A stretch of DNA of 64,000 nt. Source: a candidate division FCPU426 bacterium. GTDB lineage: Bacteria > Oederibacteriota > JAAXVQ01 > JAUVAV01. The notes beneath the pieces were generated by a model. It was not told where the DNA came from, ran no database searches, and saw only the letters and a program-made list of their open reading frames with translations. The translations under genes and the position numbers were made by a program. This document shows, piece after piece, positions 1 through 9,381 of the stretch (the first letter of the stretch is position 1; each line of letters begins with the position of its first letter). Location: contig JBFLYH010000002.1 in assembly GCA_040756875.1 (NCBI GenBank), positions 382,526 through 446,525 on the forward strand. Direction: 5' to 3'.

Positions 1-91
1 GCCAGAAACATTCAGCTATATGGCATTTTGTTTAACCGGTGCTTGTTCAGGCCCCCGCACCGGCCAGGTCCCCGGGCGATGTGCAATCAGA

Positions 92-985
92 CTACCTTTC
101 CCCTGCAGTGTGCATTTGGATGAACCGGATGGTCTCGGCGATGATCGCTTTGGTCTTGGCATCGTCATTCAACATGTCAAACCCGTGTTTGCCTTGTTCA
201 TGTACCAAATAAGTGACGGGGACGCCCTGGGCCCGGGCTTCCGCGACAAAGTGATCCATGCCCGCCGGTATCTCCCGTGTCATGTCCTTTCCCGCTTTGA
301 CCACCAGGAGCGGCGGGAGTTTTTCCGGGTGGTTGCGCAATTGCATGACCGGCGAAAAATCCTCCAGATCTTGAGGAGACATGCCCCGGATAAAAGAGTG
401 CGGCAGCACCGCCAGATCCAGCACGGCATAGTAGGCCACCAGGCAGGACAGATAATCCGGCTTGGCTTGGAGGACATTGGAAATGCAGGGCCCGCCGGCC
501 GAAAAGACAAAGAGGCAGAGTTTTCGAGGATCAATGCCCAGGCGCCCGGATTCGGTCCGGATATGCGCGATGAGATCATCCACATCCTGTGCTTCCTGGC
601 GGATATTCGCGAAGCTTATATTTCCGCGATGGTTGAAGGCGACGGCTTTTAAGCCGGAAGCGGCCAGCAACTGCCCGTAGGTTTCAAAGCATTTCCAGTC
701 TTTGGCGTTCTCGATCATGAATTCCGGGCCGGCGCCGTGAACCAGGATAACCGCGGGAAGCCCATGGCCGGCAACCGCGTTCTTGGGCGAATACAGATCA
801 AAGCAAAGCTCACGGTCAGGCAGGGTTTTGTAGACCTGGTTTTTATTGACCGCCACTTCTTCCATGCCCGGCACATTATAAAGCACGGGTTTACTCAGCA
901 TATTGCGCACGTATAGGAATAAGCCGGCCGCGAACAGGGCCAGCCCAACTCCGATCACCGCCAGTATAATCATGACTTTCTTCAT
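92..985 (-). CDS. Alpha/beta hydrolase (BD-FAE/esterase-like) with N-terminal membrane anchor
   Basis: DLYSP...PAVILVHGAG, nucleophile elbow FSAGG, C-terminal HGFD. Start reset to ATG at 985 (MKKVMIILAV), which follows a GAGGTG Shine-Dalgarno (SD). Confidence 0.8.
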   Translation of the reverse strand: MKKVMIILAVIGVGLALFAAGLFLYVRNMLSKPVLYNVPGMEEVAVNKNQVYKTLPDRELCFDLYSPKNAVAGHGLPAVILVHGAGPEFMIENAKDWKCFETYGQLLAASGLKAVAFNHRGNISFANIRQEAQDVDDLIAHIRTESGRLGIDPRKLCLFVFSAGGPCISNVLQAKPDYLSCLVAYYAVLDLAVLPHSFIRGMSPQDLEDFSPVMQLRNHPEKLPPLLVVKAGKDMTREIPAGMDHFVAEARAQGVPVTYLVHEQGKHGFDMLNDDAKTKAIIAETIRFIQMHTAGER

Positions 986-1052
986 GCTCCGCACCTCAAC
1001 CGGAAATCGTTTCAACGCCATGGTCCGACCAGCGCCGGAGTCCCCGCCGTGT

Positions 1053-3287
1053 TCAACGCGGGTTATTGTCGATTTCCAGGTTGATTTCCACCCGCCGGTT
1101 TTTGTCCTGGTCTGCAGAAACAGGTTTGCTTTTTCCGTAACCGACGACGTCAATGGCGGCGGAAGACAGCCCCTGTTCTTCCACCAAAAACCGCATGACC
1201 ATTTTGGCCCGCTTGTTCGACAATTCCAGGTTGTAGGGTTCATTGCCGATATCATCCGTATGCCCTTCGATCAGCAATTTGGCCTTTTTGCCCGGATAGG
1301 CCTTTATCAGCCTGGCAACCTCGGTGATCTTCTCGAACATTTCCGGCTTCAGTTCCGCCCGGTTAAAGTCGAACAAAACTCCCTCGATTTTCAAAAGCAG
1401 TTTTCCCGGTTTGGCGGTTTGGACTTTTACGGGAGTGGGACGGATCGGTTGCGCCTGCTGCCACACATTTCCCATCTGGTCCTGAAAGCGCAGAATGAAG
1501 CCGTATTCCTGCCGGGAGGAAACCGGGCGGCCCTGCTCGTCCTTGGAATCCCAACTGACTTTCTCCGGCAATTGTCCGCTGTGCGTGATGGATTTTATCA
1601 CCTTCCCGGTTGATTTATCCGTTATATCCAGGGACCACTCCTTCATTTTGACGGCTTTGGAACCCTCAAAACGGAAATGGACCTCTTCGTTGATGGCCAG
1701 GTCCTCGGAAGTCTTGGCCTTGCTTTCGGAGTCGGCGATGATCAAGGGCGCCCGGCTGGTGCTTTCATTGCCCAGTTTGTCCTTGTATTGCACGACAAAA
1801 TAAAAGCCTTTGCGCGCCACCATGGGCCGGTTCTTTTCATCCTGGCCGTTCCAACCCAGATCCTTGGGGATCGGGCCGACTCCGGTTTGCCTTTTAATCA
1901 GCCGGCCGTCCGGCGCCATCACCTTGAACTCCCATTCTTTCAGGTCGCTGACCTGCTTGGGGTTGAATCCCACCTGGCCGGCGTATATATCCCGCGGCAG
2001 CGCCTTTAATTTTGGCAGGCGGGTGATGGACACCGGCAAAATTTCGCCGGAACACAACGCATCATAGCCTTGCTGGTCCACGATCCGCAGGCGGTACTCA
2101 AAAGTCCCTTCCGCATCCGTCCGACGGCCTTGATCATCCAATCCGTCCCAGATGATCTCCGCCGGCAAATCCCCCCGTCCGGAGTATTTGCGCATGAGGC
2201 GCGCCTGGGAATCGCTGATTTTCAACTCCCACTGATCCAAGCCTGCCGCGGCGCTGGCGCGGGGCAGCCAATGGACCGTCCTGACCACCTGGCCGCCGGC
2301 GCCCAGGGATTGCTTGGTCAGCAGGGTCACTTCCAATTTCGGGCGCGCCAGCTGTTTTTGGTTGCCGAAATCGTAGCCCACGGAAATCCGGTGCACCATC
2401 CCCATGGAACTGAGCGGCGATATCGCGTAATCGAGATGGAGCCGCTGCCAGCGCAACCCCGCGCCCAAGGCCAGCCAATCTCCCACATCATTGTCTTTTT
2501 TCAACCCGCAACGCACTGCCAGGAACTGTTGGTACCAAAATTCCATGCCGGCAGTCAAAGCCGGTTTGCCTTGAAACGGCGCGATGGCGTCCGCGGCCAA
2601 GGTCAGGGTGCAAATTTCTCCCGGCCAAAACTGATAGGCCGCGCCGATCCCGCCTTCCATGGGCATGGAGTCCCTGGCTTCCACGAAGGCCGTGGCGACT
2701 CCCAGATTTCTGGCGACCGCAGCCAGGGTCAGCTGGTCGTTCAGCGCGAAACACTTGACCCCCACATCCACAGCCGCCGCGCTGGCCTGGTCTTGCGTCA
2801 GGCGGGACAGGATATATTTCAGTCCGCCGCTCAGGGCCATAAAACGCTGAATTTTCAGGATATAGCTGGCACTTCCCACCAGGCCTTGCGCGTGGGCCGA
2901 AGGCAGGGAATCATCCGCCGTGCTGTTAAAAGGGGGCAAATTGAAATAGGCGACGTTCAGTCCTGCGAACTGGTTTTCGCCGATGGGCAATCCCGCCCAC
3001 AGGGCGTCATAGGTAACGCCCTCCCAGTAAACCAAGTGGCTGAAACCGATCTGAGGGCTCAGCAAACCCGCCGCCCCGGCGGGATTGCTGTAAAGCGATT
3101 CTGCGTCGTCGCCGTTCGCCAAATAGGTTCCGGCCAGGCCGGCGCTCCGGGCTCCGGGGTGCAGGCGGATAAACTCCATTCCGGTCGTGCCTTCCCCGGC
3201 CCACGCCTGGGCGCCGGCCAGGCAAAAAAGCCCGGTCGCCAGCATCCGGCGGATGAATTCGCTTTTACGGCGATCGCCCGGTTTCAT
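1053..3287 (-). CDS. PorV/PorQ-like beta-barrel + repeated FlgD-like Ig domains + C-terminal OmpA domain protein
   Basis: N-terminal FIRLHPGARSAGLAG...YSNPAG and LDYA...HRIS barrel motifs; three W.G.D..G repeats; C-terminal LFDFNRAEL...IEGHTD...NLELSNKRA...NRRVEI. ATG at 3287 overlaps the upstream stop (ATGA). Confidence 0.8.
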   Translation of the reverse strand: MKPGDRRKSEFIRRMLATGLFCLAGAQAWAGEGTTGMEFIRLHPGARSAGLAGTYLANGDDAESLYSNPAGAAGLLSPQIGFSHLVYWEGVTYDALWAGLPIGENQFAGLNVAYFNLPPFNSTADDSLPSAHAQGLVGSASYILKIQRFMALSGGLKYILSRLTQDQASAAAVDVGVKCFALNDQLTLAAVARNLGVATAFVEARDSMPMEGGIGAAYQFWPGEICTLTLAADAIAPFQGKPALTAGMEFWYQQFLAVRCGLKKDNDVGDWLALGAGLRWQRLHLDYAISPLSSMGMVHRISVGYDFGNQKQLARPKLEVTLLTKQSLGAGGQVVRTVHWLPRASAAAGLDQWELKISDSQARLMRKYSGRGDLPAEIIWDGLDDQGRRTDAEGTFEYRLRIVDQQGYDALCSGEILPVSITRLPKLKALPRDIYAGQVGFNPKQVSDLKEWEFKVMAPDGRLIKRQTGVGPIPKDLGWNGQDEKNRPMVARKGFYFVVQYKDKLGNESTSRAPLIIADSESKAKTSEDLAINEEVHFRFEGSKAVKMKEWSLDITDKSTGKVIKSITHSGQLPEKVSWDSKDEQGRPVSSRQEYGFILRFQDQMGNVWQQAQPIRPTPVKVQTAKPGKLLLKIEGVLFDFNRAELKPEMFEKITEVARLIKAYPGKKAKLLIEGHTDDIGNEPYNLELSNKRAKMVMRFLVEEQGLSSAAIDVVGYGKSKPVSADQDKNRRVEINLEIDNNPR

Positions 3288-5548
3288 CGGCTGACGATCA
3301 CTTTGCGCACGATCCGTTTCCGGTCGGTTTCGAACACAACGAAATAAACCCCAGAAGCCACCTCTTCCCTGCTTTCGTTCCGCCCGTTCCAAGTCAGGTT
3401 GAAATATCCGCCGCTAGCGCTCTCGACCGCCTGGGCCCAGACTTTCCGGCCCAGCAACGTGTAAATCGAAACCCAGCCTCTCTCCCCGGCCAGCAGTCCG
3501 ACCTGCAGCGTCAGGGGCTCCCGCCGCGGATAAAACTGGTTTTTATCCAAATAAAACATGGTCGAGGGCGTGGGGGTTGAGGTGGGCGGCAGGGTGGGCG
3601 TAATCGTCGAAGTCGGTGTGACAGTATAGGTTACCGTGATGGTGGGCGTGATCGTAAAGGTCTCTGTCACCGTGCGGGTCGAGGTAATGGTCAGGCTGGC
3701 GGTCGCTGTCCGCGATGCTGTCCGGGTGGGGGTAATCGTGGGCGTGTCCGTACAGGTCGGAGTGCAGGTCAGGGTGGCGGAGGCGGAAGAAGTGGGCGTC
3801 AAGGTGGGGGATGCGGTCAGAGTCCCCGTGGGGAGCGGAGTATGCGTTGAAGTTGAGGTAATGGTTCGGGTCGAGGTCACACTCGGAGTGTCCGTAAGTG
3901 TAACAGACGGCGTTGAGGTCGCGGTGACGGTCCGGGTTGGGGTCACGCTCGGAGTGGCGGTGGGCGTATGCGTCGGCGTCGGGGTGGGGGTGGAGGTCCT
4001 GGTTGAAGTCGCGCTCGGAGTGGACGAGGGGGTAAAGGTCGGCGTCGGGGTGGCGGTTAACGTGGGGGTGTTGGTGCTGGTCTGCGTCCGCGTCCGGGTG
4101 GGGGTGAAGGTGGCAGTCCCCGGTACAATCAGCGTAATGGCGGCTTCCCGGTAATGCATGACGCCGCCGGTGTTGTTGGCGCCCGCATCCTCCCAGAACC
4201 AGATCCGCACGGTTTTGCTGCCGCCTCCGGCGGTCAGGGTGGCATTCACCAGGAGCGGATCAGACCGGTTGAAGGTATCATTGCTCCAGCGCCGGTTGCC
4301 GGTGGAAATCCACTCGTTAAAAACCGCGTTGGCGCCGGAGGTGACCGGGAAATAATAGTTCACCAGATCAGAGGCGCCGTCCACCCGGACAAAATGGGCG
4401 TTAGGCAGGCTCCACTCCAGTTCCACTGTGGTTGAATTGGTGGTGGGGGCGCCGTTGTTGATCTGCAAAAAAGTCATGGAGGCGTCCGTTAATTGGTAGT
4501 ATTGATTGTTGCTTAACGTGGACACGGTGTACAGGCGCTGGCGTTCGGTGTCCAGAGCGATCCCGCCAATGTAACTGCCGCTAAAGGTATAGTTGACGCC
4601 CGACGGGATGCCGGTGGCGGTATCCAAAGGCAGATAACCCAAGGCCATGGCAGCTGAATTAATGCCGAAATAAAGCACGCTGCGGGCCGCATCGAGGCAC
4701 AGGGCTTGAATGTTGTTAACGCCGATGGAAAAACCGTTGAATCCGGCCAGCACTTCGCCGCTGCTGTTCAGGGAAAAAGTGTAGACCGTGCTGTTGGAAT
4801 TGCAGGAAAGATAAAGCTTGTTGCGGAACGTGTCCAGGGCCAGCGCGTTGGCGTTGGTTCCGCTGTGCGTCTGGGGCGAATTGATGCTGGCGATATCGCC
4901 ATTGGCGTCCAGTGTGCACGTTCCCACCTGGTTTCCGGCGTATGCCAAATACAACCTGTTCCTGGCGGCATCCAGGGCCAGCGCTGTCACGGGCCCGATG
5001 GCTTGCAAAGCGTAGGTACTCACATCCCCGGACGAATTCAAGGTGACGACCGCCAACCCATTGGTGGCGTCCGCCAGCCCAACGTATAAACGGTTACGCT
5101 GGGCGTCCAAGGCCAGCGCCTGGGCGACCGAGTTCGACATATTGAGGTTGGTAGTCGAGCCGGTGATGTTCCCTGCGCTGTCCAAATTCACGGTATAAAT
5201 TTCAGGCGCGGCTGCGGCGGCATTGCTGGCCAGATACAGGCGGTTGCGCTGGGCGTCCAGGGACAGGCAAAGCGTGCCATTGCCGATGCTGTTGCTGTAC
5301 ACGGTCGTGGTGGTATCGCCGCTGCTGTCCAACACGATGGTCCGGATATTGTTCGTGGCGCTGTTTATTCCGACGTACAACCGGTTACGGAAGGTATCCA
5401 AGGCCAGGCTTCTGGCCGAGGTGCTGAGATAGGTTTTTGGCACAGCGGGATCCGCTGAAGCTGCCCGCGCCAGCCAGAACGTTCCCGCCGCCAAAAAGGC
5501 GCCGGCAAGAAAGGCTTGCCTCCAGGTATTGCGCTCGTGAAAAATCAT
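3284..5548 (-). CDS. Secreted beta-propeller (YncE-like) protein with Thr/Pro linker and FlgD/T9SS-like C-terminal domain
   Basis: Signal peptide; about 7 repeats of LALD..RNRLY; about 190 aa T/P/S linker; C-terminal IYTLLGRKV...WNGRNE...VASGVYFV. Confidence 0.75.
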   Translation of the reverse strand: MIFHERNTWRQAFLAGAFLAAGTFWLARAASADPAVPKTYLSTSARSLALDTFRNRLYVGINSATNNIRTIVLDSSGDTTTTVYSNSIGNGTLCLSLDAQRNRLYLASNAAAAAPEIYTVNLDSAGNITGSTTNLNMSNSVAQALALDAQRNRLYVGLADATNGLAVVTLNSSGDVSTYALQAIGPVTALALDAARNRLYLAYAGNQVGTCTLDANGDIASINSPQTHSGTNANALALDTFRNKLYLSCNSNSTVYTFSLNSSGEVLAGFNGFSIGVNNIQALCLDAARSVLYFGINSAAMALGYLPLDTATGIPSGVNYTFSGSYIGGIALDTERQRLYTVSTLSNNQYYQLTDASMTFLQINNGAPTTNSTTVELEWSLPNAHFVRVDGASDLVNYYFPVTSGANAVFNEWISTGNRRWSNDTFNRSDPLLVNATLTAGGGSKTVRIWFWEDAGANNTGGVMHYREAAITLIVPGTATFTPTRTRTQTSTNTPTLTATPTPTFTPSSTPSATSTRTSTPTPTPTHTPTATPSVTPTRTVTATSTPSVTLTDTPSVTSTRTITSTSTHTPLPTGTLTASPTLTPTSSASATLTCTPTCTDTPTITPTRTASRTATASLTITSTRTVTETFTITPTITVTYTVTPTSTITPTLPPTSTPTPSTMFYLDKNQFYPRREPLTLQVGLLAGERGWVSIYTLLGRKVWAQAVESASGGYFNLTWNGRNESREEVASGVYFVVFETDRKRIVRKVIVSR

Positions 5549-5817
5549 TTTTCCCCCACAGGTCAAACCTCTCACGTCTAATTATTTTAACACACATTTT
5601 TCGCAATTTAGAGCCACAAGGGCCTGGCTTTTATTAGCTGGTTTTCGTTGAATGGCGCTGCCGACGCGTAGCAGGCCGTCACTCGTCGACCGGGATGGTG
5701 ACGATGGGGTTGTAAATAAACGTAGTACTGAAAACCGAATACTTATTACGGATGCTGTTTTGGCCGTCAGGAGGGGTGGAAAGCGGAGGACATCGCCCTT
5801 TGGATGAAGGACTCATT

Positions 5818-5881
5818 GGGACGCTTTACTTATTTATACCGAAACGAGTCTGGCGTTCACCGATTTATTTAAACGACGTCC
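5818..5881. repeat. Degenerate GGGACG...CGTCC inverted-end element (GGGGACGTT family)
   Basis: gggacgctttacttattt ... atttatttaaacgacgtcc; the right end resembles the reverse complement of ggggacgttgtttaaa at 16072. Confidence 0.4.
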
Positions 5882-5885
5882 GTAT

Positions 5886-6776
5886 TTAAAACAGCCCGTC
5901 GAATTCAGAACTCGGCAGGCCGACAACCAGCGGCGTGGCAAAGATGAGCTTGTTCTTCCCGTCTACGCTTTTAATCATTGCCAAACCCGCAAACACGCTT
6001 TGCCTGCTCCCGAATTGATCAAAGGCCGTGGAGGTGGTCACCCACTTCGGGTCAATCGTCATAACCACTTTCCACTCGGCTATTTTGCAGTATATATGCG
6101 GGTCTTTTTTAAGGTCCCCTGCTATCTTTAATGGCTTTTCCGCGTCATCCATCCGGATATTTTTAGTCCTAAACGCCCTTTCAAAAGCCACGATGTGCCC
6201 CAGGCTTTCTTCCGCGTAGTCAACCGCCGCTTCGATTTCCAAGACGTTTTGATCGATCGTGGAGAGTATCCTTTGAAACTGGACCATAACCCTTGCCAGT
6301 TCAATGCCCAGGGAATGCAGGGATTTAATTCCTGCCAAGGATTTTTCGTCCAGGGCATATCCGCGCATGCCGGACAGCATGGCCAGGCGGGGGATATTCA
6401 GGTAAAACAGGGTGCTTAGGTTGTACGTCCAGGGTTTGCACTTTTCCGTTATAGAATCCACCCGCAGTTCATGCTCTTTTTTGATGTTTCTCAGTACTTC
6501 TGCGGTGTATTTCCCCGGGTCATTGTCAACAATATCATGGCAAGTCGGGCACAATAGTATCCAGTTTTCATAGGTGTCAATTTTGTCCGGGGGGTAGGCG
6601 GCGTCAGCCCGCGGCCCGTTTTCGCCCCGGGCGATAATATGCGCTATCTTCCCGATTTGCCCTGGTCCGTCATCATCAGACAGCACCAACTCCCGGTTGC
6701 ACGTTGGGAACGAGCATTTGCCGGCTGCTCTCCCGTATAGCCTTTTAACATCAGCGCTCGGATATTTTCGTTTCAT
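5886..6776 (-). CDS. HNH endonuclease domain protein (defence-island type)
   Basis: CSFPTC...IAHIIA...NWILLCPTCHDIVD motif; unknown C-terminal domain. Confidence 0.8.
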   Translation of the reverse strand: MKRKYPSADVKRLYGRAAGKCSFPTCNRELVLSDDDGPGQIGKIAHIIARGENGPRADAAYPPDKIDTYENWILLCPTCHDIVDNDPGKYTAEVLRNIKKEHELRVDSITEKCKPWTYNLSTLFYLNIPRLAMLSGMRGYALDEKSLAGIKSLHSLGIELARVMVQFQRILSTIDQNVLEIEAAVDYAEESLGHIVAFERAFRTKNIRMDDAEKPLKIAGDLKKDPHIYCKIAEWKVVMTIDPKWVTTSTAFDQFGSRQSVFAGLAMIKSVDGKNKLIFATPLVVGLPSSEFDGLF

Positions 6777-6871
6777 CGGATGGCTATCAAACCTCTTTTA
6801 TTCATCAAGCCGTATTTGCTGAAACAATCCCGGCATCGGCTATTTTAATCGTTCAAGAACGTCCCGGCGCA

Positions 6872-7195
6872 TTACGCATGGGTGTGCGTATGCTGGCCAA
6901 TGGACTGTATGAGCATATATTGATCCTGTCCTTTGTGGGAGTGCTGTATTCTGGCCATTTCCAGGTCGTATTTCGCCTGCAAGTTCATCCAAAATTCCGG
7001 CGAATTGCCGAAATAGCGCCCGAGTCGCAAGGCAGTATCCGCGGTCACCGCCCGTTTTCCCCGCAGGATTTCACTGATTCGGATACAGGGAACTTTAATG
7101 TCTTTCGCCAGACGATACTGGGTGATCTTCAACGGTTTGAGAAATTCCTCCGCCAGTATCTCGCCAGGATGGATTGGCAATATTTTTTTATTCAT
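6872..7195 (-). CDS. higA: HigA family antitoxin (HTH XRE)
   Basis: PIHPGEILAEEFLKPL...TADTALRLGRYFGNSPEFWMNLQAKYDL. Confidence 0.92.
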   Translation of the reverse strand: MNKKILPIHPGEILAEEFLKPLKITQYRLAKDIKVPCIRISEILRGKRAVTADTALRLGRYFGNSPEFWMNLQAKYDLEMARIQHSHKGQDQYMLIQSIGQHTHTHA

Positions 7196-7199
7196 GGTT

Positions 7200-7487
7200 T
7201 TATCCTCTGTGATAATCAATGATTTCTACGTTATAGGCGCAATGATCCTGCCATTGAAAACATATGCGGTATTGTCGGTTGATCCTGATGTTGTACCAGC
7301 CCAGCCGGTCGCCTTTAAGCGCTTCCGGCCGATTGCCGGGCGGAACCGCCAGATCATTTAAATCAAGTGCGGCATCCAGCATCCACAGTTTTCTCATGGC
7401 CGTACGCTGGATATCGTAGGGAAGTTTCCGCGAGATTTCACCCTTGAATATCCCGCTGGTTTGCTTGCATTTAAAGCTCTTTATCAT
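7200..7487 (-). CDS. higB: HigB family toxin (RelE/ParE-like, plasmid maintenance killer)
   Basis: MIKSFKCK...LAVPPGNRPEALKGDRLGWYNIRINRQYRICF...VEIIDYH; lies upstream of the antitoxin. Confidence 0.92.
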   Translation of the reverse strand: MIKSFKCKQTSGIFKGEISRKLPYDIQRTAMRKLWMLDAALDLNDLAVPPGNRPEALKGDRLGWYNIRINRQYRICFQWQDHCAYNVEIIDYHRG

Positions 7488-7635
7488 AATATTATCACTT
7501 CCCGTTATTATCGTCTAGCGTTATTATCATTTGATTATGAAGGTCTACTATTCGTTAGGAGATTGGACAGGTTTTAGCGAATTTTCATGCGGGATTTTGA
7601 ATAAAGTGGGATCACGCCACTTCTACTGTGGAGCC

Positions 7636-7738
7636 CCCCGAGCATGCTCGGGGCACCTCTCCTGCCATGCGTTTTGCAGCATGGCAGGCGGCGACATCCC
7701 CGGAGCAGGTGTATAAATATCCCCGGGCATGCCCGGGG
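7636..7738. repeat. Cluster of three short palindromes (REP / IS200-end-like)
   Basis: ccccgagcatgctcgggg (7636-7653), cctgccatgc-N8-gcatggcagg (7661-7688), ccccgggcatgcccgggg (7721-7738). Confidence 0.65.
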
Positions 7739-7756
7739 CCTGCGCAGGGGGTCAAC

Positions 7757-7832
7757 TGTTCTGCTGCTCACCTGCCCTGCCCAACACAGGGTGTGAGCCG
7801 GGACATTTCGACAACTAAACAACGTCCCCAAT
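7757..7832 (-). repeat. Inverted copy of the GGGGACGTTGTTTA repeat unit
   Basis: Reverse complement reads ttggggacgttgtttagttgtcgaaatgtc...gcagggcaggtgagcagcagaacag, matching the units at 15986-16234. Confidence 0.7.
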
Positions 7833-7875
7833 TACAGCCTCTTGATCGGCAACCCATAATAGGTTTCCTCGATCT

Positions 7876-8577
7876 CTATTTTTCTCTCAGCTTATCTAGT
7901 ATTACCCACTTTCCTGGTGCGGCTTCATACTTCCAAACAATCCAACCATCAACCGAATGCTTGGCGATTGAGCCGCCCGCTACTGAGGGCGAGTTATATA
8001 TCTTGCCTTTCAACAGAATTGTGCCATTTTTACGTATTATACCTTTATGGATTTTGTCCTTATATTTATATCGTATCTCAGTTCTTTTATTGAAATAAGG
8101 AGCTAAAACAGGAATTCTTCCATTTACCCGTTTCACTTCCTTAACTTTATCCGCCCGGTTCTCTTCCCAAAATAAATTATCCAACTCCATTTTCTGGGCC
8201 CGACTAATTTTCCTTCGGAAAAGCGGGATTAAATCCTGAGATCTTATAAACTTTCCGGATTGAAGATTTCCTTTGGGCTTTGATATTTTTAAAATTAGAG
8301 ATTCAAGTTCGCGCAAATGGGAATCATCAATCGTCAAATAGACGCTGAATCTATCCCAGGTATCGCCATGCTTATCATTTAAATGTGTTTTTAATCGGTT
8401 TCTCAAGTTGGAAGCCAAGCCGACATAATAGAGGCGGCCACTTTTTGAGTAGAGGGCGTAGATGCCATGCTGCCCTTTGACAAATTCTTTGATTATAGAC
8501 TGGTAATCTTCAAGCGCCTTTCGGGATATATTTTCGAGATGCTGACAGACGAGTTGTCCTCTCTTCATATAGATCAC
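7876..8577 (-). CDS. GIY-YIG nuclease fused to a C-terminal RAMA/DUF4357-like domain
   Basis: HGIYALY...LYYVGLASNLRNRL...ELESLIL...GN; C-terminal GKIYNSPSVAGGSI...SVDGWIVWK. Confidence 0.75.
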   Translation of the reverse strand: MIYMKRGQLVCQHLENISRKALEDYQSIIKEFVKGQHGIYALYSKSGRLYYVGLASNLRNRLKTHLNDKHGDTWDRFSVYLTIDDSHLRELESLILKISKPKGNLQSGKFIRSQDLIPLFRRKISRAQKMELDNLFWEENRADKVKEVKRVNGRIPVLAPYFNKRTEIRYKYKDKIHKGIIRKNGTILLKGKIYNSPSVAGGSIAKHSVDGWIVWKYEAAPGKWVILDKLREK

Positions 8578-8642
8578 CCCTCGTTGTTTCTAGGCGCAAC
8601 ATATTTAGCTGGCATGTTGTCTCCCGATTCGCGGAAATAGAT

Positions 8643-9290
8643 TTATTGAATATTGAATAATTGCTCAATTATATCGTGTGTATTCTGAATATCAATACTC
8701 TCTGGTATTCCATGAAAATACATTTTGGGATGTGCGGACTCATTACGTAAATACGGGATAGTCTCCGCGAGGACTTTGCAATAATGTTGATGATCTGATT
8801 CCCAAGGTTCGGGGCCAGCAGCCATTTGCTGATATCCTTCAATAAGGTCCAATTCGTCAGGCGGAGAATTTCTGATGGCCTGGGCATGCCGGATACCAGC
8901 ATCCGTGATCCAATTATTCTTAATTGCAGCTTTTATCAACCTAGCAAGACCCGGGCTTCTATCCTCATCTTTGGGCCAATCTGGTTCATGATATTTCTCA
9001 AGTTGACATTTTCGTCTTAGAGCCATTTCAAGGCATAAGAAGGCATGAAAAGTAGCTAGTGTATAAAAGGGATAACAAAACCAGCCATATAACCAAAGCG
9101 TTCGAACAACTACAAAAGCCGTCTGTATATCTTCAGATACTTTTTCAGATAGCTCTAACCCTTTCATTATTTCGTAATTATCAATTAGTCCGAGAGGCCG
9201 CACTTCGCCTGTTTCTCTATTTCGAAGGACGAAAGCCTTATGAATCGGATCGGATTTAAGCAATTCTTCAAGTGGTTTAAGGGTCGCCAT
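8643..9290 (-). CDS. Hypothetical protein with a HEPN-like RxxxxH motif
   Basis: Low GC; CLEMALR helix and LRNESAHP motif. Confidence 0.55.
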   Translation of the reverse strand: MATLKPLEELLKSDPIHKAFVLRNRETGEVRPLGLIDNYEIMKGLELSEKVSEDIQTAFVVVRTLWLYGWFCYPFYTLATFHAFLCLEMALRRKCQLEKYHEPDWPKDEDRSPGLARLIKAAIKNNWITDAGIRHAQAIRNSPPDELDLIEGYQQMAAGPEPWESDHQHYCKVLAETIPYLRNESAHPKMYFHGIPESIDIQNTHDIIEQLFNIQ

Positions 9291-9381
9291 AAAGATTTAC
9301 TCGCCCCCCCAGGCCAAATAGCAATAGCATTAGTATTAACTTCGGCCGACACGCCGGCATAAGCGCATGTTAGATTCTATT

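Noticed and set aside
3636-4154. Val/Gly-rich 172-aa ORF
   Set aside because: Antisense of the Thr/Pro linker codons
5679-5816. 45-aa minus-strand ORF (MSPSSKGRC...IPVDE)
   Set aside because: No clear SD or motif; cannot be supported
7503-7528. cgttattatc direct repeat as the HigA operator
   Set aside because: The location is plausible, but HigA operators are typically inverted repeats; support is insufficient
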